NCBI GenBank assembly: GCA_029262315.1
Contig: JAJCZP010000221.1
Span: 2,289-66,288, forward strand
Source: Deltaproteobacteria bacterium
Lineage (GTDB): Bacteria > Desulfobacterota > Binatia > UTPRO1
Length of the DNA stretch: 64,000 bases
Direction: 5' to 3'
The notes below the pieces were generated by a model. That model saw only the letters and a program-made list of their open reading frames with translations, ran no database searches and was not told the origin of the DNA. Numbering within the stretch: the stretch's first letter is position 1; the number at the start of each line of letters is the position of its first letter. Both the position numbers and the translations under genes were made by a program. Shown in pieces: positions 17,940 through 26,410 of this stretch.

Positions 17940-19121
17940 ATGACCCGATCCCGCTCGCGCCGCCGGTCGGCCGCGCCGGCCACACCCGCCCCTCTCATCC
18001 CGAGCGCGGTCCTGCCGAGTGTATCGCTCGCGGATCTGACTCCGCGCGAGGTGCAGCACGACCTCCGCGCCGTGCTCGCACACGGGGCCGCCCTCGCACC
18101 AGCCACGCGCGCTCCTGCGGCGCTCACGCGTCTGGCCCATGGCCGCTACGCGCCGACGGCGCTGATCGAGCTCTTCGACACCAAGGTCTACCTGACCGAC
18201 TATTTCCAGACCCCTGCGCTCCGCTTCTTCGTCGCCTACGTGTTTCAGGCATCCGCGCAGCCGCGCGCGCCCAAAGTCTATCCACGGATCATCTACAAAG
18301 ACGGATCCCTGGTGTGGCGCTGCGCCTCGCACATGATCTCATCCGACGACGACTTCTGGATCGGCAAGGGCGACGTCTGCCAGCGCACGGTCGGCAACCG
18401 TGTCTTCTTCGAGTCCGTCGAATCGACGACCGACCTGCCCTTCGAAATGCAGACAGCGCTCGAGACACTCTCCCGCCGGACCGTACATGTCCGCAGTGAG
18501 AAGCTGGCCCTGCAGCTCGTGCTCCGGAACGGCGCCGCGCATCAGCTTCGGGCCTACCGCGACTTCACGGCGCCACGAGAGCGTGCCGCCAGCAATCGCC
18601 GGAATCTCATCCACGGCGGACGCCGCGTCGCGCGCTTCCGCCGCAAGCATGATCCCTCCTCGCTCGAAATCGTTCCCGGATACGAGCCAGACTTCCGACG
18701 CGGAGTAATCGAGCGATCCGTCTCCACCAGTGTGCTGTACGGAGGCACTCTCGATCGCTACCGGATTCTGTCAACGAACGGCCGGATCCAGTACTGGTTC
18801 TTCTCCGGTCCGCGTCAGGTCTGGATCATCCCCCCGCAAGCAACCACGACCGAGCTGTCGAGCTTCGGCGTCCGGACGGTCGACGTTCTGGTCGACGAAG
18901 ACATGTGCTGTCCCGGCTACGAGTACCACTACCTCGACGACTCGGAGGACCCGCCGGTCCTCTACAGCCAGATTCCAGAGGGCTTCGTAGGCCCAGCCGG
19001 ACCGCACGACCCGGACAGGGCCGACGCCGCCCCCTGGCTGGACGCCCTACCCATCATTCGTGCGTTTCGACGCCGGATTCTCGGCCAGCGAAACACGCCA
19101 GCCAGCCGCCGCACCCGATAG
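17940..19121 (+). CDS. Hypothetical cytoplasmic protein with no recognisable domain
   Basis: 394-aa ORF with balanced composition. GGAGGA lies 5 nt before ATG 17940. The overlapping reverse ORFs are Arg-rich junk. Confidence 0.55.
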   Translation: MTRSRSRRRSAAPATPAPLIPSAVLPSVSLADLTPREVQHDLRAVLAHGAALAPATRAPAALTRLAHGRYAPTALIELFDTKVYLTDYFQTPALRFFVAYVFQASAQPRAPKVYPRIIYKDGSLVWRCASHMISSDDDFWIGKGDVCQRTVGNRVFFESVESTTDLPFEMQTALETLSRRTVHVRSEKLALQLVLRNGAAHQLRAYRDFTAPRERAASNRRNLIHGGRRVARFRRKHDPSSLEIVPGYEPDFRRGVIERSVSTSVLYGGTLDRYRILSTNGRIQYWFFSGPRQVWIIPPQATTTELSSFGVRTVDVLVDEDMCCPGYEYHYLDDSEDPPVLYSQIPEGFVGPAGPHDPDRADAAPWLDALPIIRAFRRRILGQRNTPASRRTR

Positions 19122-19157
19122 CCACTTTCGCTTGACCGGATCGGTGGGCCAGCTAGG

Positions 19158-19173
19158 GTGAACGAACATTCAC
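19158..19173. promoter_or_regulatory. Perfect palindrome GTGAA-N6-TTCAC upstream of the SDR-TetR operon; candidate TetR operator
   Basis: GTGAACGAACATTCAC flanked by direct AGGGTG repeats, 24 nt upstream of the SDR start (RBS AAGGGGG, ATG 19197). Confidence 0.3.
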
Positions 19174-19196
19174 TCAGGGTGGCAAAGGGGGCTCGT

Positions 19197-20135
19197 ATGG
19201 CATGGACCGCAGCTGACATTCCCAATCTGGCTGGCCGCACCGCGGTCGTCACCGGCGCCAACGGGGGACTCGGACTCGAAACCGCCCGCGCGCTGGCCAA
19301 CGCGGGCGCACACGTCGTCATGGCGGCACGCGACCAGGCCAAGGCCACCGCCGCGGAGCGCGACATTCGCGCCGGCAACCCGACGGCCTCGCTGGCCGTG
19401 GTTGCGCTCGATCTCGGCTCGCTGGCCTCCGTACGCGCCGCCGCCGCAACGATTCTCGGCGCGCACGATAGCCTCGACATTCTCGTCAACAACGCGGGGC
19501 TCATGGCCCTCCCCGAGCGCCGAACCGAAGACGGCTTCGAAATGCAATTCGGGGTGAACCACCTCGGTCATTTCGTTCTGACAGCGCTCCTCCTTCCCGC
19601 ACTCCTACGAGCGCAGCAGGCCCGGGTGGTGACCGTCACGAGCACAGCACATCACATGGGCACGGCGGTCGACCCTGCCAACCCGCACCTCGAGGGACGC
19701 TATGGGCCGTGGAAAGCCTACGGTCAGTCGAAGCTCGCGAACTTCCATTTCGGGATTGGACTCCAACGACGCTTCGCCGCGGCAGGAGCACGCGCTTCCA
19801 GCCTGGTGGCACATCCCGGACTGTCCAATACCGAGCTACAGGCCACGAGCGTTCGTGAGACCGAGGGCGGTGCGAGTCAAAAGTTCTTTCACGTCCTTGC
19901 CGGACGGACGGGCATGACCCCCGCCGTCGGCGCGCTTCCCCAACTCCGCGCCGCGACCGATCCGAACGCCAAAGGCGGCGAGTTCTACGCGCCTCGCTTC
20001 GTCAACAACGGACCGCCGGTACGACGTCCGATCCTCCGTCCGGGCTTGTCCAAAGCCATCGAGACCCTCTGGCAGGTCTCTGAGCGCGAGACCGGCGTGC
20101 GTCTCGATGTCGCCGCGGCGCTCCCCGCGGGATGA
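19197..20135 (+). CDS. Classical short-chain dehydrogenase/reductase (SDR)
   Basis: TAVVTGANGGLGLETARALANAGAHVVMAARD (TGxxxGxG), NNAGLM, and catalytic YGQSKLAN (YxxxK). Confidence 0.9.
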   Translation: MAWTAADIPNLAGRTAVVTGANGGLGLETARALANAGAHVVMAARDQAKATAAERDIRAGNPTASLAVVALDLGSLASVRAAAATILGAHDSLDILVNNAGLMALPERRTEDGFEMQFGVNHLGHFVLTALLLPALLRAQQARVVTVTSTAHHMGTAVDPANPHLEGRYGPWKAYGQSKLANFHFGIGLQRRFAAAGARASSLVAHPGLSNTELQATSVRETEGGASQKFFHVLAGRTGMTPAVGALPQLRAATDPNAKGGEFYAPRFVNNGPPVRRPILRPGLSKAIETLWQVSERETGVRLDVAAALPAG

Positions 20136-20734
20136 GCGCGCCGGCAGCGCCGGCCACCAGTCGCGTCGACCGAGCCGCCGCAGTGCGAGCTGCGCTCCGC
20201 ACCCTGGTCGCCCGCCACGGCTTCCACGGAGCGTCCATGAGCGCGGTCGCCACCGAGGCGGGCGTGGGCACGGGAACCGCGTACGTCCACTATGCCTCGA
20301 AAGATGACTTGGTCTACGCCACCTATCTCGAGGTGAAACAGGATCTCGGCCGTGCGGCGATCACCGGCGTCGACACCGCGGCCTCCGCGCGAACTCGCTT
20401 TCTCCAATTATGGCGTGGTATCCATCGCCACCTGAGCAACGATCCCGATCGGGCGCGCTTCCTATTGCAAGTCGAGTCCTCGCCATACGCACGGACCGCG
20501 CACGCCAAGGCGCTGGCCGCGGAAGACGATCCGATCCTACGCGAGGCGACCACGACGGACCTAAGAGCGCAACTCGCCTCGCTCCCCGTCGAGATCCTCT
20601 ATGATCTCGGTATCGGGCCGGCCATCCGCCTCGCGGCTGGATCAGAGTCGCTCGACAAGCCGTCACTGACTGCGCTCGCCGAGGCATGCTGGCGCGCCAT
20701 AACGACCGATGGGATAGCGACCCGGCGCACGTAG
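20132..20734 (+). CDS. TetR-family transcriptional regulator
   Basis: HTH ..FHGASMSAVATEAGVGTGTAYVHYASKDDL. Its start overlaps the SDR stop (ATGA). Confidence 0.8.
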   Translation: MSAPAAPATSRVDRAAAVRAALRTLVARHGFHGASMSAVATEAGVGTGTAYVHYASKDDLVYATYLEVKQDLGRAAITGVDTAASARTRFLQLWRGIHRHLSNDPDRARFLLQVESSPYARTAHAKALAAEDDPILREATTTDLRAQLASLPVEILYDLGIGPAIRLAAGSESLDKPSLTALAEACWRAITTDGIATRRT

Positions 20735-21006
20735 TCAGTGCGATGCGATCTCGAATGCCACCCTGCGCGGCGGCAACAGTAGGACGTCTCGCACCACCCG
20801 CGCATCGTGCAAAGCGATGCTGCGCGATCGTGCGAACGCGCGCGAGGCCGCCCAGTGCGGTGATGAGCGTCGAAAACTTGCCACCGGAATAACGGCTCCT
20901 GAAATCAAAGTGTTAGCGCCGTGCATCATGTCAATCTGCACGAGGGCGATCTGGCATCGCCGTTGCTCTTTGGGATTCGACTCACGAACCCCAAGGAGGC
21001 TTGCCC

Positions 21007-21648
21007 ATGCGACGTTCGACTCTCATTGTGATCGCCCTGCTCTTCGGTACCCTGCTGCACTCGGCCACGGCCGAGGCCTGCTCCTCGATCAAGGCATCTG
21101 CACAGATCGAAGCTTTCGAATGCGCGGACTGTGGAGATGGCGGCAACACCGAGGCGTCGAGCATCTTCACCGTCTCGGGAAGTCTCGTACTCAGTAACCG
21201 TCGCGCGACGCCGGAGCTCGCGAGTCTCGTCCTCGAACTCGAGGCGAAGATCGGCGGATCCTATGTACCCCTCGCTCGGCGGGTCCTGAACGAGGCGGGC
21301 GATTCGGTCGTGGAGAACTGCGAGGGCCTGTACGCCGACGCGGCGCTCCCCGGACGGCTCGTCCTAGTGGATGCGAACCAGAATCCGATCTCGTTCGCCT
21401 CCGTGAAGAGCCTCCCGGAGGGCCGGACCGGACTCCGCTACATCGCGAGCTTCGGCGGCGGCATTCCGCGCATGGATCCGGGCACCAAGGTTCGGGTGCG
21501 CGTGCTGGCGACGGCCATCAACGCCCACGCCTCGGGAACATGCGACATCGATGCGAACAACGACGGCGCGACCGATTCGCAAGTCAAGACGCACACCACG
21601 GTGTCGAATCTGCGAACGCCGGCGACGGTGCTCGCGCTGATGCCCTAG
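21007..21648 (+). CDS. Secreted hypothetical protein
   Basis: AAGGAGG RBS followed by MRRSTLIVIALLFGTLLHSATAEA signal peptide. 213 aa, with Cys pairs (CSS..C.DCGDG, C..C). Confidence 0.6.
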   Translation: MRRSTLIVIALLFGTLLHSATAEACSSIKASAQIEAFECADCGDGGNTEASSIFTVSGSLVLSNRRATPELASLVLELEAKIGGSYVPLARRVLNEAGDSVVENCEGLYADAALPGRLVLVDANQNPISFASVKSLPEGRTGLRYIASFGGGIPRMDPGTKVRVRVLATAINAHASGTCDIDANNDGATDSQVKTHTTVSNLRTPATVLALMP

Positions 21649-21754
21649 CGCCCTCGAGAGCCATGGCGATGCCGAGCCGGCATCGCCATGGTCACCGCTG
21701 CCAAGCAGCCCTATACACCGCGCGTCGGACACGCGGTGCTTGATGCGGTCGTCG

Positions 21755-21943
21755 TCAGCCGACGACGACCCAGCACACAGCGCTGGTCACCATCACCACG
21801 GCCAGGTCACGCAAGAGCGTGGGCAGAAGCGGCCGCGCCGCACCGGCAGGCGCCGATGACAGCGAACGGCGACGGGACTGGCCCCGGCGGTGCATCAACT
21901 CGCCGGGGTGGACTTCGAGAGCATCTATGATGGCGATCCTCAT
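21755..21943 (-). CDS. Candidate small protein of 62 aa
   Basis: GGGAGG, a 5-nt spacer, then ATG, giving MRIAIIDALEVHPGELMHRRGQSRRRSLSSAPAGAARPLLPTLLRDLAVVMVTSAVCWVVVG with a hydrophobic C-terminus. A low-GC region with TAGGGA/TCCCTA palindromes lies upstream (21990-22140). In a 70% GC genome small ORFs are frequently spurious. Confidence 0.3.
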   Translation of the reverse strand: MRIAIIDALEVHPGELMHRRGQSRRRSLSSAPAGAARPLLPTLLRDLAVVMVTSAVCWVVVG

Positions 21944-22163
21944 GGCATCCTCCCTACACCTCGTGCCTACTCCCAACGCGTTTCCCCCGTCAAGAAGAAA
22001 TAAGCATATTCCTCACCAGCAATAGGGAAGATTCCCTAGGGACTTTTCTCTCTGCTTATGCGAACTCAGCTACTTAGCGTGCAGCGTGGATTTGGGCCCG
22101 CGGAGATTCAGGACGAATCCATAGGGACATTCCCGGATGCTCCGACGTCCACATGCTCAGGTC

Positions 22164-22943
22164 TCACACGTGCTCGAGGAGGCGCGCGCGTAGAGCGTCC
22201 CTGTCGTGCTCGGAGAGATGCAACCCCTGGGTGAGGTACTGCTCCGTCGAACCGAACCGACGCTCCCACACGGCGCGCGCCGCACCCAGATAGCGCGCGT
22301 CGACGTACAACAGTGCGCGGAGCCACGACACATCGGCACGCGCCGCACCCTGGCAAGCGAGCGCGTCCTCGATCATCTCCATCGTCGCCTCGTTGCGCTC
22401 GGCGCGACGCTCATTCGAACGGAGATAGTCAGCCTCGATATCCTCCCAACGCACACCGACCGCACCCAGAACGAGCGCAACCGCGATACCGGTTCGATCC
22501 TTACCCTGCGTACAGTGCACGATACTCGGGCGCCGGTCGCCGGCCAGGCGGTGCATGAAGTCGGCCAGGGTCTCGGTCCACCGACCCACGATGTTCTGGT
22601 AGGCGTCCACCATGAGATCCCCCGGCGGCGGTGAGAAATCTCCCGACGCCATCCGGGAAAGGATGACGTCACGGATGCCGTCCGCCTCATCGATCGGGAG
22701 GTGCACCCGGGCCCAGCCCGCCGGCAGTCGATCAGGCGTCTCGCCCGCCTCACGGTGCGACCGGAGATCGTACACGACGAACTCGCCCAGGGCCTCGAGC
22801 CTGGCCAGATCGGCGTCGCTCATGGCGAGATCCCCCGAGCGCCACAACTGCCCACGGCGGAGCGCCGCGCCCCGAGCGCCCAGCACCTGAGGATCCGCCA
22901 CGTCGCGAAAGTTCGGGTGGCCCTCGAGCCGTACGGTCGTCAT
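22164..22943 (-). CDS. Protein-tyrosine-phosphatase-like enzyme (Tyr_Pase_3 / CX5R family)
   Basis: Active-site loop VHCTQGKDRTG (C-x5-R). Start MTTVRLEGHPNFRD at 22943 overlaps the upstream gene's stop (ATGA). Confidence 0.8.
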   Translation of the reverse strand: MTTVRLEGHPNFRDVADPQVLGARGAALRRGQLWRSGDLAMSDADLARLEALGEFVVYDLRSHREAGETPDRLPAGWARVHLPIDEADGIRDVILSRMASGDFSPPPGDLMVDAYQNIVGRWTETLADFMHRLAGDRRPSIVHCTQGKDRTGIAVALVLGAVGVRWEDIEADYLRSNERRAERNEATMEMIEDALACQGAARADVSWLRALLYVDARYLGAARAVWERRFGSTEQYLTQGLHLSEHDRDALRARLLEHV

Positions 22944-24004
22944 CCCGCCACCGATCTCGCCGCGAACTCCTCGAGCAGCGCCACCGTGCCAAAGTCGGTT
23001 ACGGCGGTGGCGACGCGTTCGAGGTTCGCTACCGTGATCGCCCAACCGTAGTTCGCGGGCGGTGTAATGAGCCACCCGATCATCAGCCCCCACAGCGCGG
23101 CCGCTCGGCACAAACGCCACGCGTAGTCGAACTCGGGGACTGGCACCACGCCCAGCCCGCCGAGGCGATCGAGGTACCGCCGAACCAGACGCTCCTGCTC
23201 GACGCGCCGAACCTCCGGCGCCAAGCCGGTGACGAGAAGGTACGTGACGTCGTGGGCCCAGCACCCGCGACCCACCAATTGCCAGTCGAGCAACCCCGCA
23301 CTTCCCCCGGGCAGGAGGTAGGTATTTCCGAGGTGAGGATCGCCGTGCAACAGGGTGGACGGCTCTGCCGCCATGGTGCGTTGCGCGACCGCGAGGAGTT
23401 CCCAGAGTTGCTCGAGCGTGCGTCCGAGCGGGGCCACGAACGTCGCCTTCTCAGGATGTCGTCGAACCTGATCGACGATGAGGTCGCGCCCGATCAGGTT
23501 GAACACGTCGGCCATGCCTCCCGCGAGGGGAGTCGGCAACCACGCCAGGTCGGCCTCGAAGCGCGCGCTCTGCCAGAACGCCGCATGCAACTCGGCCATC
23601 TGATCGAGGAGCCGCTCCACCTGCGCGACGTTCAATTGCTCCGGGGCGGACGGAAACCGAGCATCGCGCAGCGCGAGATCCTCCAGCAGCAACCCGAACC
23701 GACCGCCACGCGGATCGAAGTGACTGCCGTACAGTCGGGGAGTCTCGATCGCCAGATCCCCGCGAATCTCGGCATAGAAACGCACTTCGTTCTCGTACAT
23801 CGTCGTCGGCGCGCGCGGCGAAGCCAGCATGGTCTTCAGGACGAGCTGTTCGGGAAGCTCTCGGGCGGCACCACGATACTGGACTGCGAGCGTGATACGA
23901 TCCGCAGTCGACGCGATCCCCTCCCCGCATCGTTTCGTATCCACGACCCGAAGGTGGTCGACACTCGCGTGCGGATGGATCTGACGCATCGCCGCCGTGA
24001 GCAT
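22940..24004 (-). CDS. Phosphotransferase-family kinase (APH / choline-kinase-like fold)
   Basis: LLHGDPHLGNTYLL (HGD..N catalytic loop) and the downstream LLDWQLVGRGCWAHD (D-x-Q/E, Mg-binding-like). Start uncertain: 24004 is favoured over 24184 to avoid overlapping apaG. Confidence 0.7.
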   Translation of the reverse strand: MLTAAMRQIHPHASVDHLRVVDTKRCGEGIASTADRITLAVQYRGAARELPEQLVLKTMLASPRAPTTMYENEVRFYAEIRGDLAIETPRLYGSHFDPRGGRFGLLLEDLALRDARFPSAPEQLNVAQVERLLDQMAELHAAFWQSARFEADLAWLPTPLAGGMADVFNLIGRDLIVDQVRRHPEKATFVAPLGRTLEQLWELLAVAQRTMAAEPSTLLHGDPHLGNTYLLPGGSAGLLDWQLVGRGCWAHDVTYLLVTGLAPEVRRVEQERLVRRYLDRLGGLGVVPVPEFDYAWRLCRAAALWGLMIGWLITPPANYGWAITVANLERVATAVTDFGTVALLEEFAARSVAG

Positions 24005-24060
24005 GTCCGCCGTCAGCGCGGCGGGATCTTGCGGAAACCCGGCGAACGACACCGCAGGCG

Positions 24061-24447
24061 TCAGTTGACGGCGAGCGGTTCGGCCAGGGTGAAGGCCGCG
24101 ATCTCGGCGTCGAAGGTCTCCCCGTCGCCCATGACCATCTGGTAGGAACCGTGCATCGTGCCGAACGCGGTCGGCAGTGGGCATGCCGAGGTGTACTCGA
24201 ACGACTCGCCGGGTGCGAGCACCGGTTGCTCGCCGACGACACCAGGGCCGTCGACCTCCTCGATCTCCTCGTTCGCATCGGTGATGACCCAGTGGCGGCT
24301 GACGAGCTGCGCCTTGACGGCAGCGCGATTCGTGATGGTCACCGTATAGGCGAAGAACCAGCCAAGCCCTGGCTCGGAACGCTCCGGTACGTACTGGGCG
24401 CGTACGCTTACGTGAATGCCGCGGGTCGTCGCTTCCGAGCTGAGCAT
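24061..24447 (-). CDS. apaG: ApaG-domain (DUF525) protein
   Basis: GIHVSVRAQYVPERSEPGLGWFFAYTVTITNRAAVKAQLVSRHWVITDANEEIEEVDGPGVVGEQPVLAPGESFEYTS, 128 aa, the typical ApaG length and sequence pattern. Confidence 0.75.
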   Translation of the reverse strand: MLSSEATTRGIHVSVRAQYVPERSEPGLGWFFAYTVTITNRAAVKAQLVSRHWVITDANEEIEEVDGPGVVGEQPVLAPGESFEYTSACPLPTAFGTMHGSYQMVMGDGETFDAEIAAFTLAEPLAVN

Positions 24448-24637
24448 AGAGGGCGCGGGGTAGTCCGGATGACGCTGTCGGTCAACCAGGCCGCCTATCG
24501 CGCAATCCTCGATCGCAACCCGACGCACCCGGCCGGCCTGAACGCGCTCGCCCGCCTTCGAACGCGCTCGGACGTCGACTAGACTGGCCCCCTGGAAGGT
24601 CGGGCGCGACGGGTCAGGCCCGCGCCCGACGCGCGGA

Positions 24638-26167
24638 TCAGTCTTTCAGCTCCACAGACAGCAGGGTCGTCGGCACGCACAAGATCTCGTCGCCAACCGT
24701 GTCGACCGCGGTCGGCCGGGGAAACTGATTGCCCGGGGCCACGTTGACCTGCGTCCCCGTCTTCAAGCTGCGCTTGGCGTGCTTCGCCTGCTTCAAGCGC
24801 TCGCCCACGACCACGCCACCAAGCAGCGCCGCCTCGGCGTCCTTCACCTTCGTCGTACGCTTGGTCTGATAGCAGAGGAGGCTGACGTCGCGGACCGCTG
24901 CGATCGAACCGTCAATGACCGCTGACGTCTCGCGCGGGGGCTGCACTGGCTGCTTGTCGGCAGGATTGCAGAGCTCGACGGGCTTCACCACATCGACGAG
25001 GCAGGTGCCCGCAACGCTCGTCCCCGCGAATGGTTCGGAGCTGTCGTCGAGGAAGATCGTACAATCGTCGAACTCGTCGACTGTGTAAGCCTGAAGATCA
25101 TCGCGGAACCTCCCCTTCCCTTTGCCCTTGGTGTCGGGCTCCTGATCGCTGGGGACTTTGGTGGGTTTCACGCCGTAACAGACATAGTGCGTCCTATCGC
25201 CCGGAGCATTGGGATCACCGGGCGTTTCCGCGCCCGCGGGCAGCAACATCGACGCCACCCGCTTGGACTCGACCACGATGTCGCCGAACTGGTTCTCGAC
25301 GTGCCAGATCCGCTTCGGTGCCTTCTCCGCTCGTGGAAATTTGGCCGAGGCGTCGGCGGGGCCGACGCCCTGCTTGCCAGGTCGGACCTTGTAGCGCAGG
25401 TAGTGCAGCGCGGGGTCGAGAATCGGCTCGGCATTCTTCTCCGCGGGAGTACCGAGCGCCAACTCCTTCAGCACGATGTAGTTCTCAGGATCGCCCTGCT
25501 CGTCATTGTCGAGGAGGACGTCATCGAGCGTCACGGCCCAGTTCTTCGGCAGCTTGTTCTTGTCGGGCACATCGAGCTTCGAGGCCGTGGACTTGTAGAG
25601 CACGTAGTGATCGATGACCGGCGTCGCCATCGCCGTGGGTGTCGGCGTCGCGACGGCACCCGCATTCGTGAGTGTCATCGTGCGGTTTCCTGACGCGGCG
25701 TAGGTCGCATCAGCCGTCAACTTGAATGTAACCGCGAAGCTTCCCGACGTGCCGTCCGGAACGAGAATCTGGTACTCCACCGGCGCATGCGGCCCGGACG
25801 TCGTCCCGAGCACCGCCGATTGCGCCACAGTATCGAGAATAGTCGGCCCGATCTTCACTCGCACCGCGGGGTCGATGGCAACGATCTCGAGGCTCAGCTC
25901 GACACCAGGATCGAGCGCGAACAATCCAAGACCGCCGTCGCTCCCCGGGGTCACGAGTTGCGGCACGTCAGCGGTGAAGAGGCTTTCCCCACCAGCGCTG
26001 AACGAGAAGGCAACCAGATTCGCCGTGCCAAAGTCGAAACCATCGGTCGTCAGGGTCCCGCTACCGTCGGCATCGGAGTACACGAAGATCTGGGCCCACC
26101 CGGGCACCGCAACCAGCAGGAACAGAAGCGTCGCGGCGACGCGCAACACAGGCGTGAGCTTGGACAT
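24638..26167 (-). CDS. Secreted protein with two HYxCY modules (same module family as in 14123-17809)
   Basis: RBS AAGGAGGG then ATG 26167, with signal peptide MSKLTPVLRVAATLLFLLVAVPGWA. Modules IDHYVLYKSTASK... and THYVCYGVKPTKV...LCNPADKQ. Confidence 0.7.
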   Translation of the reverse strand: MSKLTPVLRVAATLLFLLVAVPGWAQIFVYSDADGSGTLTTDGFDFGTANLVAFSFSAGGESLFTADVPQLVTPGSDGGLGLFALDPGVELSLEIVAIDPAVRVKIGPTILDTVAQSAVLGTTSGPHAPVEYQILVPDGTSGSFAVTFKLTADATYAASGNRTMTLTNAGAVATPTPTAMATPVIDHYVLYKSTASKLDVPDKNKLPKNWAVTLDDVLLDNDEQGDPENYIVLKELALGTPAEKNAEPILDPALHYLRYKVRPGKQGVGPADASAKFPRAEKAPKRIWHVENQFGDIVVESKRVASMLLPAGAETPGDPNAPGDRTHYVCYGVKPTKVPSDQEPDTKGKGKGRFRDDLQAYTVDEFDDCTIFLDDSSEPFAGTSVAGTCLVDVVKPVELCNPADKQPVQPPRETSAVIDGSIAAVRDVSLLCYQTKRTTKVKDAEAALLGGVVVGERLKQAKHAKRSLKTGTQVNVAPGNQFPRPTAVDTVGDEILCVPTTLLSVELKD

Positions 26168-26410
26168 GGAGTGACCCTCCTTAGGGCTTTGGACAGCAGT
26201 AGATCTGGGTGAAGATTGTGGGCTCTCGGCGAACCCTCGCGCCATTGGAATCAACGAATGGACCACGAACGCCCGGGCTTGGTCAATATAGTTTCTGTGA
26301 TTCGCCGACTCTTGACCAGTCGGAAGCCTCGCACCAGGATACGCGATCGTGACGCGCATCCTCTATACGTTGCCCGACGTCGGCCTCGCCCCGCTCCGCC
26401 CAAGGTAGCC

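Noticed and set aside
26216-26410. ORF-track start of the Zn-ADH gene 65 codons upstream
   Set aside because: The leader is Arg-rich (RRRPRPAPPK) and precedes an AAGG-GTG start that gives a canonical MDR N-terminus. The shorter start is preferred.
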